From Antedon mediterranea (Eukaryota; Animalia; Echinodermata), in the NCBI RefSeq assembly GCF_964355755.1, contig NC_092678.1, positions 3,240,422-3,304,421 of the forward strand: 64,000 nt of DNA, given 5' to 3'. This document shows positions 48,001 through 60,000 of this stretch, piece by piece. Numbering within the stretch: the first letter of the stretch is position 1; every line of letters begins with the position of its first letter. The notes under the pieces are model-generated. The model was given only the letters and a program-made list of their open reading frames with translations, ran no database searches and had not been told where the DNA came from. The position numbers and the translations under genes are program-made.

Positions 48001-51000
48001 AGAAGGGATAAGTAATATATTGTTGTTTAGAATTGTTTAATTCGGCTGACAAAAGATAAATTCTTTAACACTTTTTGCACTTTCCCAATTCATAACCATT
48101 ACAAAATTAACTAAGATGACGAAAGATTTCTAGAATAGAGTTTAAACTGCTAGAGTTTTTCTATCAACTGCCATGAGCTCACATCATCAACAGCAAACAA
48201 TGGAATGTTTTATAAAACGTAGGAATGAGCTAGCAACTAACAGCGGCCTACTAACAACTGAAATATAAAACAATTTAATCAAATCAAAGAAGTTACTAGA
48301 TAACTAAATGTTTACTACATACTACTAAGGGAAGGATATCTCATTCCCTGCTTGACCTTGTTGACCCCTGATTCCATAGCCTTTTGTCCAGATGTTCTAG
48401 CTTCGGTTGCTTCCTCTTTAATTGCATCATTTGCTATGTTACCTGGCAACTGTTTATGTTCAACATTTTTCCTACCACTAGCAGAGATTGCTTCCTTTTT
48501 TGTATCAGTTTTATCATTTGCATTTTCATTCAAATTCTGTTTATAATTGTTAAAACTTTTCCTTGATTTCAAACGTTCTTGGCTTTTTTCTGCGTTCAAT
48601 TGAATTTTGGATTCTGACATCTGTCGTTTCAGGTCAAGTCGACTGCTCGTTCTTTCCAACTTTGTAATAATTCTTCCAACCGTTTTTTGACGTTGAATTT
48701 TTAATAAGCCTGTTGAGACATTCTTATTATTGCATTCAGTTACCATGTCAACTAACAGTTTTATTCGCAAGCAATGTGATGACATGCAATGGCACCTTGA
48801 TCACTCATGCATTAAAAATGACAGCTTGATCACTCGTGCATAAAAAATGGAACCTTAAAAATGTCTCCTACATTTCACAACACATGCATGAAGTATGACA
48901 TCATTCAGTGAATAAAAATTACATGCAAATGACACTGTGAATTAGTATTAGCACGCATGCATAAAACATAACATCATGACCATTAAATATGATAATTACA
49001 CAACAAAATCTTGCTGACATTTTAACCCATCAAAAAAAAACAGAATATGAAATTCATAATCAATAAAAAAAAAATGAATGAAAATCTTCTTGTAGCTGTG
49101 AAAGATATACAATAATGGAAAACACTACAATAGCAATATACTGTATGTAGATTTATTACTGCTATGAAATGAAAAATTCCAACAAACTTTCCAAAACAAC
49201 ACGCAACAAATGAAACACATCCATCTATTTAAGCTGCACAAGAGTGAGCAGGGTGAAGGCACAAGAAACCACACCATAAACAATCACTTAGTACAAAAAA
49301 CAAACAATGCCACTCTGGAATCAGCTTTCAACCAATAAAAGCACAGCTTAGAAAAGTTGCCAAAACTTACCAAATGGCAATATAAAATGTTGATAAATGT
49401 GATGAGAAAAGGAGTTAAGCTCTGTCTACACCAGTTGGGGCAAAAAAAATTGTGATGTACCAAAATATGGTAGTGATATGACATCATCGTGTCCATATAT
49501 GGGCACATCCCATTTTTTTGTCACATAAAGTTTGATAGTGTAGACAGAACTTAAAAGAAGCAGAATTGTGATTGTGTGTGAAAAAGAAAAACATTCTATC
49601 TTTGCATAAAGAAGTTTAAAAACCATGATTATATAAATCATTTTAGAAGGGAATTTGGACAAACCAAGATAAATTTTAATAACTTAAAAAACAAAATTAT
49701 TATATTCAGATTTTAAAATTATTTTCAAACATCTAATTTAGAAAATTATATTAATGGAATAGGCATATTATATTATCTAACTTTTTTTAAAAATATTAAC
49801 TATTAAATTAAATTATATTGACTAATTTTTTAAACCTTTGGTGTCAAGGATGAAATAATAAAACTTGGTTTAGTTGAGTAATTATAAATAAATATTAACT
49901 GTTTATCTTACCCTTCTCTGCAGCAAATTTCATAAGGACCGCCAGAGGATCGGCCCCTGGAGAAAGGATAAAGATCAAAGGTGTGGCATAGTTGGAGTCC
50001 GCATAACTTTTGGCTAGGTCAAAGGTTGGGGGTTCAATGTATGCCTGTCCCATTCGTGATACTATGAAGTTCTGTACTGCTGGAACAATCTATAATAATA
50101 GTAATGAAACAATTAATGCTTGCCTCTCTCCACCCAGGTGTATAAATTGGTACCCGGTTAGATCAACCCACAGCTTTGCACTGATTAATAGCTGCAGTAT
50201 GGGAGTACTTAATAATACATGTTTGAAAAAAAGACCGGGGTAATAAAAGCGTTTAGAAGCATGGTGCAATAAGGGCTGTATAAGAACAATTATTGATAAC
50301 ATTGGTACCTTGGTAAACGCCCCACCAGTTTACCAGCATGTAATGAACAATGAGCAACCAACTAACTTAGTTAAAAAAACATACTTTGTCTGGCCGGATA
50401 ATCCGCAAGATTATAAGTTTCTGAATATCAGTGATCTTCTGGTGCCATGGATCTGGAATGCGACAAGTTTGAGGACTTGGCGAGTCATACAGCTTCTTCC
50501 AATCAGATAGCTGCAAATATATTTATAAACATTTAAACTCTTTATAAATATTTAAACTGGTAAAGAACTACTACAAAAGTATAGTACTTTACGATTTCAG
50601 AAACACATTCCACATTTCGCGATGGAAAACGAATTTAATTCACTTACATTCGCTCGAACATGCATCATAAGATCCTCAAACCCTGCAAGTGTTGAAACGC
50701 GAACAACTTCTGACCATGATTTATCTGACAACCAAGATGGTTCTGGATTCGGGAATGGATTCTCCAAAGCCACGCCCCCGGTAAGTAGAAATCTCCATTC
50801 GTTATCATCAATTTCACCTCTAAAAAAAAGTAAAAGAAATACAACTGTGTTACAAACGGTATCATGTATAATAGGGATAGTAGATCATCCAGGGACACTG
50901 GGACTAGTTTCCTTGACACAGTGTGTTAGCAAATTCATGTCCAGGCAAGGCAATATAACAACCGAATTCTAAGCTCCGGAGATCAAAGAGTTTATCATTA

Positions 51001-54000
51001 ACAGACATAGCAAACCGCAGAGAATATGTACATAGTACAGTGGTGTTGGTATTTGACGCAGCCAGACATAAGATCAAAGGACAAAGGAGTTCTTATCTTG
51101 GCAAGGTGAGCTCAGTGTCCTGTTGTTCTTGGCCCAGACGACGGCTAACAACACAATATGTGTAGGTCCTAGCAAATCGAAAGCTCTATGTACGCCGATA
51201 TGATGTCATATCTATAACACAAGACTCTATTACCTTCCTTTTGCCAAACTGATGCAAAGTATAAACGAAAACAGAAGTTTGTCTTTCTCAAACAATGAGC
51301 GGCAGATATTCTGATAGATGTTGAAGGTGAAGTAACTGTTCAGGTTGTCTATACGCACTTCAAGCTCATTAGATGGTGGCGTATCAGAGATGGACTGAAA
51401 GACAAATGCACACAGTGTTACTAAACTGAAGACATCCTTTTGACCAAGATCTTCTTAGCTCCAAGCAGTAAATCGACAGTGTCAATTTATACTGTTTTTG
51501 TGCTTTAAGAAAAATGAAGTGCATTAAAAGGTATGAATCAAGTAAAGATTCTTATTCTTAATTTGGTTATAAATGAATTATAATATTGGTGATAATGATA
51601 ACAAAAATGTGAACGTCAACCACACACACATGAATAGTATTAGCTTGCTTGTGTTACTGAAAGACCCTTTAATGTACAATTACTGTTCTTTTATACATAA
51701 TCATATTTTTCCATGACCGAAATGCGTTTCAGTCTTGCAATAAATGTGTTTATCCACACGTCAACACATGGTGCAGAGCTAAAAAAAGGCAATAGCTGGC
51801 CCACAACCTGTCATGTAAGCAAAGCTCTTTACTTAAAATATGATCTAAATTTTAAGCTAGTCATATGTTTTTTTTTTAAGCTTAGTGAAACCTTGCACCT
51901 GTGATATACTTATCCAATATTAAATTATCAAAATGAATGTGCAGATAAACCAACAAATAACAAATCACACTTTTAGAAACTTTGCTTCCCAAAACCATTT
52001 AGCCTTTGAACAACATGTATTACCACATCAAGACTTGTGCCAATTGGCCTAAACTTACTGGAAAACCTGCTGCATCAGTGGAGGTCATATCCTTAGTATC
52101 TGATATAGACTAAAGAGCATCAATAGGTCAAATAGAAACATGCATATATTATTATTTTGAACTTGTTTAAACTTTTGCCTGTTCTAGTTCTAGTTGTCCC
52201 ATGACCTAGAGGATCGTAGGAGCATAGCAGATGAGATACAGTAGTAGTACTCATCATGATACGATACACAGGCATAAGCCATATTTCATAGTGGTACCTA
52301 TCTCCTCTCCGGGCTTGCAGGGTTTTGCTGGATAGCGTTGTTGGTTCTTCTGAACCGACGCCCTTGTGGTTGGTTTTTTGTTTTTATAACTAACTGGGTG
52401 TCCAACCACCCTCCACACCTGTACTAAGTTTGTAATTGAGGTATGGCAATTTCAAGTATATAGAGCATTGAACTAGATTTTTTTGGCAGCACATTAGAAA
52501 AGTCTGGAAGTTAAACACATCAATATCAATTAGAACCCATTGCTCCAATTTTACATTTAATTTTACATTTTTAAGTGAAATTTTTATTTTTGGTTCCGAT
52601 CTTTCGAATTGTGAAAATGCTTTATTATTTTATTATGTACAACAATTTATTGTTAATTCTGGAAGATTTAATTGATGTTTCTGTTAGTTGTTTTAAAATG
52701 TTGTATTTGTTAATCTGAGGCGCCTTGAAGCTAAGATGGTTCCACCTCCAAATGCTCTATAGAGTTTTTACTGGTTTACACTTTCTGTATTTAATGACTT
52801 ACCTGTGAATAGAGGTTAATGAACCAAGTGAGTGAATACTGGTACATGGGTTCAATATTAGCCAGGTCAGATATTGTGAAAAACAGGATGGATGAGTGCT
52901 TAGCAACCTGTAAAAAACAAACAGAAATATTCCTTTTATGTATAGCTATAAATAAATTATTCTTTATTCTGAGATAGTTAATTAATTAATAATCATCTTT
53001 AATATCTACCTCAGATATTTGGCAAAAACATAAATGTGGTAATAACATTTTTGACAAACTGTAGTTCCATTTAATGACGAAAGTATGAGTTTTTGATCAA
53101 AATCTTTTACGCTTGGGTTAGAGCGCGCTAGGTATATTTGAAATTATCAATGCTATTTATGGATGTTTGTATAACAAGGGCCTTGGAAATGAATGCAGTA
53201 CTTACTGGTTTATACCCATTCCTTGTCTCATCAATCTCTTTCTCTGTGATAGATGCTGCTTCCTGCTTCTCTCCAATCTCTTTTGCCAGAACTTTACTGG
53301 AGGACAAGATCTCGATGGCAGTCTCATCCTCCAGTATGTTGCCTTGTGAGGATGACAATACTTCAAGGATCTTGTCCTCGATCTCTTTTAGCTGTCTGCG
53401 GTTCCTTGCACTTTCCAGAATCAGCTGGTTCTTTTTCTCTTCCAGCTGTGGTTTCTCTTTTGCAGCTACTAGACCAAGGAGTTGATCCTCAAGACCAAGA
53501 GGTGTTATCATGAAGTTTAGAAGAGTTACCTTAACAGACACCTCTGGGAGATAATGTGGATTTCGTAGTCGTGTGGTGATGTAGAACTTAAAGTCATGGC
53601 TGAATTCAATCACATTGTCGCCTATACGGATATAGTCCAAGCCATTCTGAAAACCAAAAATTGATGGCATATAAGTAAAAATACAAATAAGCCTTTTGAT
53701 TGGCTTGATATAAATTGCATTTTGAGTGGACAATATACGAACCTACTAACAACCTGATTGGTTGGATAGTGTTAAAAGTTAGCAACCATCCCATTGGCTT
53801 GAGAATAATTACATCTTCATGCTTGTTTTATATTGTATAATACTTTCATTTAATATAAATTAAAATAAATATTGAAAGCGTGCAAGGGCGTTTATATGTA
53901 TTTGTGTCTAATCTATGACAAGCTCAACATAATGGGAATGTTTACGGGTGATAACACTCTATACTTAATTTATATTAGCAGCAAACATTAACATCTATGC

Positions 54001-57000
54001 TAACACTAAATGATAACGGGATCAATAAACTATACTGACTATTATGATAATGACACAAAGTTGATATAATGGTGATATAATTTGATAAGGCTCACAATGT
54101 TTTTTAACAAAAATTGTGGTATTACACCAGAGTTGTTTAACGAAATATCATGCATAATATAACCAAACTTCTAATAACATAATATAACTATAACAAGCTT
54201 CTAAAATGTAATAACAAATAAAAAAATAATAAAATAAATTATATTAGCCACCAATGCACTTTGAACCCTCTTAATATTGACGACCATTGTTTTTAGCAGT
54301 CCAATCACCTGGTATAATTATTTACCATAATATATAACACCTGGTTTTATAGAAGTTACTCATTAGTTTTAACCCCATAGAATTGCTATACGGTATTTAT
54401 TGTTTTATATGAAACAAAAACAACAACAAATCTTCCACATGACGTGCACTAAACAATTCTGATTTTGACTAAATTGAACTTTAGTGAAACTGGATCAAGA
54501 ACTTATCTTCTATTAAATCCACACTAAATAAACCTAAGAATGATTGGACAGGATTTTACATTTGATATTCTACATGCAAAGGAAAGTTATTCAAGCATGC
54601 AATGCAATAAGTCATTTCAATGAGATCACTTACATCCATTGGTGAATCAGGCTAAACAAAAAGAAATAAAACAAGTTAATTATGAATAATAAAAACAGAC
54701 GTACACATCTAGTTGGTATGTGCTTGCCAATTAACGAAAATTTAGCAAGAGCATGCCTTGCTAAAAATCTTTGCGTGGCGTTCTGTATGTTTTTAATTTA
54801 TGTGGTAAATTCTTAGCTGAAGAAAAGTAAACAAAACTCGCTCATAATAAACATTACCTGTTTAAAGGTTTGTTTCAGAAGAAGTGGTTCCAGAATTGGA
54901 TCAAGTTCTTGACCAATGTTCTCCAGTAAACATGGCTGCCCAAACTGGATACAGTTCTCCAGTGTCCTGGTGTACGTGGGGTCCGAGAGCTTTATCACTT
55001 GCAACTTGTTAGGCTTCTCCATATTCTTTACCCACTTGTTCGCCTGGCCTTGAGGGTCTATCATTAGAGGCCAACGATTTGCATTTGTTACAATTAATGC
55101 ATTGTCCACAGAAAAGCTGTAATAAGATGATAGATACAATCATTTATTTAGCATAAAAAAGGGAAGGTCCTGTATTATTTCAGACTGCAGGGAATGAGCT
55201 GTTAGAAGCTCATTGCAATAAGCCTCTTTGTTATGTGGTAGGGTAGCCAATTCTTTTCCAATCCTACTCTTTATTCTCCATAGCATTTATTACCAGGTTC
55301 TCGTTTGCAGAGTGGACTGGGTTGTTCTGAAAATTAACCCTGTCTGTATAATATTCAAGAGTCCTAAACACTTGGCTACTGCAACATTATTTAAATGAAA
55401 GTATATGTGTTTGCTATCGAGTACTGTATGTGCCTAGATATTAACAGTCATTTAATAGTCTTACTTGTCGACTGGTAGTCCAGCTAGCTGCCAATCTCTA
55501 ATTTTCACTGGATCCCCAAGAGTTGTCGAAAGAGAAAACACAGATGAAACTGGAATTGATTTGTCCTGACACATCTCATACCATTCCTTCAAACATTCCT
55601 GTCAACACAATAATCAAATTTTAGAAAAAGAGGAAAAGTTATTTATTTTCATCAAAGTATACTTAAGAACATTGAAAGTAATTTACCTGTCTAAAGGACA
55701 ACGTGAATGGACCAAGGTACGCAACAACTCCAGCAGAAAGCAACACATCACCGACAATGTTCACATACGTAGCACTCAGCTGCTCGGTAAGCTAAAGGTA
55801 TTAAAAAATAATAACTTTTAGCACCATTGCATAACATTATAATATAATTTGCATAGCCAATCACCTGTAGTTCTACTGTTTGTAACAACTAGCATCCAGT
55901 CATTTGGAGTATGCAAGTCTGACACAACTGGATATGACATCCAATCTGTATCCTCCACAAGATATATTATCTTTAATGACTAAGCAAAGGATTAACTACT
56001 GTATTCTATCTACCTCTTGCCATCTCTCTTTTTCACCACCAAGACCAGAGATCAGTTTCTTTGCACGGACAATCTTCAATCTTGTCATCTCAATCTGGTC
56101 CTCTAAGTTCTATAAAATTACAATAAAAAAAATAAACTAAGACTTTCACACAGGAGGATTGAGATTTCTGAATTTCAGACATCAAATTCTGGATGATTTC
56201 GTCAACACCCTTCTGTCATATACATCATTTACCTTCTTTTCATTGAACTTGGAATCCAGATGATCATTAAGACCTTGAAGCTTGTCTGTCACCTCTTTCA
56301 ATGCCGCTCTCTTCTCATTCAGTTTCAACATCTGCTCTTCCAGGGTAGACTCAGCATTTTGCAGGCTAGCCCTCTTAGGTGCTACAACCTTAGCCACCCT
56401 GTCATACACCTCCAAGGCTCGAACCCAACTGCAAAGCCCTTCACAGGCTGAGGAGATCTTTTTAACAATACTAGGCTCAAAGTCCGGATTATCAATAAAC
56501 TTCTCTCTGATTTTCTTCATAACGCTAACTGGTATGTTGTCTTTGTCGTAGTCTTTTAATGACTCAAGGAATTTCATATCACCAAGCATCTGTAAAATTT
56601 TAAAATAAAAATATTAACTGGGCTCTGGGGATCGGACCATGATCAGCACACTTGGAGGCAATTTACTCTTGGCAAACAATGTACTTTATTGTGCACAGAT
56701 GCTATTAGGTACACAGCTTTAAAACATCCCATGGAAGGCAATAAAGAGTAAAGGGTCTTGCCTAAGGATACAAATGGCAAATGTATTGAACCCATGCTTT
56801 TCACATGTTAGTCCAATATCACTTGCAATTACACCCTACATATCTCCCCAGTATTATACCAAAACCTTAAGATAAATGGAATACTGCCAACATTCACTAT
56901 TCTGAGCATGAGTTTGGATGAGAGTAACATGAGATTCTCTTGACAACTCACTCTTTTAGCAGCAGGCCAGTAATCATCCACCATTTTGCCTTGATCATTA

Positions 57001-60000
57001 GCTTTCTTCTCTGGCTTGATTCCTTTCATTATACAGATTGCTTCCATAACAAGCTTAACTCCTGGTGGTGGATTGGTCATTGACTTGACCACAGTGATGT
57101 CAGCTTGCTTAAGAGTGTCCAGAGCGCGGATCGCAGCATTTAGAGCTGGCATTGCCACTGCAAGTTTTTGTTCACATTCATCTTTGATGGATTTTGCTTC
57201 CATTGCTGCGTTGTTGGACAGTTCTTCATCTGCAGAGATCACCTGGCGTTTTGCATCTACTTCCATTGTCTCTGCTTGGATGATCTCGATTAGTTTTACA
57301 GTCTCTTCACTGGTTTCAATCAGCTTTGGTTGAAGAGCTGTTAACTCTTCCTGCATTACAGCAATCTAAAGTGAAAACCAATGATGTTTAGTAAAAGCAT
57401 ATACAAAAAAGAGATATAACCTTAAGGAATAATAAATAATAATAACAGGATTTTTATAGCGCACATACCACTCAAGAGTGCTCAAGGCGCATTCAAAAAA
57501 TAAAAACAAATCATACAAATGCCTGACAAATAAAATGCAATTTCTTTGGAGGGTGCCCATCCGTTCTCGTTCTGTCGCGGTCCCGGACCCCTACCTAGGT
57601 GACCAAACAAAGGAGCAGGATACACATTTGCCTTGCCACAGACGACCGGCTGCTCAGAGACAACAACCAAGACAGAGGCACCCCAAAGATAATGCTGGTC
57701 AGGAAAAAGTATACTATAAAATTCTAGAACTTTAAGAAACCTCATGATTTCCATATGCCTTAATGAATAAATGTGTTTTTAATAATTTCTTAAGGAATCA
57801 CTAAAATTAGTAGCATCAAGGCAATGAAACAACAGGACACCGAGCTTACCTTGCCGATATAGGAACTTAACAGTCCTTTGACTTTGTCTGGCTGCAACAA
57901 ATACCAACCAATTTTTTTTCTCCAGTTATTATACAAAAATATTAGGTACCAACCTGATTAGCTGCAAACTCCAGTTTTTCAAGACCGACAATGTAGCGGT
58001 TTTTCAGAGTTAAGATCTCTAGCCGTTTCCTACTCATTAAATTCTTAAATGTCTTGATCAATTCCAAGTACGATGTTGGCGTCACATAGATGCGTCGCCG
58101 AAGAGCAGAGTAGAACCTGAAAAGCACAAATGTAAGAAATGAAAATCTTCTAAATGCCAGAAAGTAGAATAAAAAAAACCTCAAGTAGTCTAGTGGCATA
58201 TCAAGTTATATCACATTATATGAAAAAATGGAACTGGACGTACGTATCAGACATCGCTCTAACACTTTCATGGAAGTGTTTGCACATGACCACAGTCTCA
58301 GACTGGAGTTCATCAGACATTTCCACATCGTCAAGGAACTTGTGAGCCACCATCTCTAGAGCATCCTCAGGCCATGCCTAAAGGAATTATAAATAACAAA
58401 TAAATAATAGTGGACTGTAGCCCATGTAAACTTGTTGTATGGTGATGTTTGAAGAACGAAAAAATGTTTGGAGTTGATTTAGAAATATATTCAGTTTACC
58501 TTGAACCAGTCAATGGTACAACAGTTGATAAGAGAAGGAAACATTCGTAGTCGGTTACGGAACGCATCACCAATTGGACTGAATGCTAAAACAACATGCA
58601 GATTCCGTCGAACACGCTCCACAAACTTGTTATACATGTTCAGGGGTGTGGTCTCTATCTTGGGGTTCTCAGCTACTGCGATTTGTTGCATCTATAAGGA
58701 AGAAGTTTCACATTCAATACACAATCAGATGGTCACATTTGGTATGAAGTCAAATTTTTTTGTTCTGGTAGTATGAAATGCCTCACTATTTTCCCTTTAT
58801 GTTCCTTACCTTTTCAATTATTTCTAATCTCTCTTCGTTCTCATACAGGTTAGGAATATCACCTGTATTCAGTATCATGTTAACATCTTCTAAGAACGAC
58901 TCATCCTGTAAGGGAACAAAGAAATTATTCTTAAAACATAATTATCTATTGCTATGTTTTCTTTCTCTAGGCATGGAGTGTGTCCATGATCACATTGACA
59001 CTTTCATTAAGACATGTTGGACAGATAGTTGTACTAACCTTTATCTGGTGATCTCCAAACAAGAATACTGTTTGTAGCCCATCATCACCAGCCTTCCTCA
59101 AGAGTTTACGAAGGTCATCTTTCCAGTCATTGATGGTATAATTCTTGGTTATTTCTATGGTAACAAGTTCATACATAGCCATGAAGGCAGCTAAGCGGGC
59201 TGCACTTTGACGTCCACTGCCACCGATACCTGTCAAGAACAAAACAACAATAGGGAGCTTTTGATTCGTGCAGACCTAGGATGTACTTATTTATCATTGG
59301 CTGATTGTCAGTTGTGCCTAGAAAAACTGTGTCTGTGAGGAAGCATGTCACAATGTCCATGTATGGACCTAATATAAGTTATATATTGTTGTAAATTGAA
59401 AACAATGCTTGATAATGAATTTGATGTTAAAAAGAACATCTTTATTACCAACGAGTAGAGCATGTCCATTAGGTTGTTTGAGTACACGACTTATCCTGGA
59501 GATGTGCTCAATTGCGAATCTGAACATGACCAAGTCCATAGGAGCCTTACTCATTAAATTATACTCATCTAGGCACTTCTCAATGGTCTAAAGGAGAACA
59601 ATAAGAATCAATCAAGGGCACTTTTATCTTGCATAAGCTGTGTATATTCAAATCTTGGTGAGGAATTCGGAAATTACTAATACACTAGAAAACAGTCTTT
59701 AGTTATATAATTTTTCTCTATCAAAGTTGTTTATTCAATATTTCTATTCAACTTTAAACCTATTTCAAATCTTGTACTTTAAAAATAATAGGTTTTTAAA
59801 TACCTCTTTTAGAGCTCCAAAGTCAGTTATTTCATCGTAGACTTTATCTTCATTATTTGTTTTGACATAATCTCCAAAGAACAAACTGTAAATAAGTACA
59901 TATTCTTGATAAAAATATCATGGATAACTTATCAAGTATTCACATACCAAAAGTGCGTTAAAGTAAGGTGAATCCAAACACCAAAATTCCTATGTTTGTG

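Noticed and set aside
55865-55888. 24-nt in-frame segment LLQTVELQ bounded by AG/GT in a dynein intron
   Set aside because: It has no pyrimidine tract and would interrupt the stalk coiled coil, so it is likely chance.
53138-58776. Plus-strand ORFs overlapping dynein exons
   Set aside because: They are antisense shadows of the dynein coding exons with no independent support.
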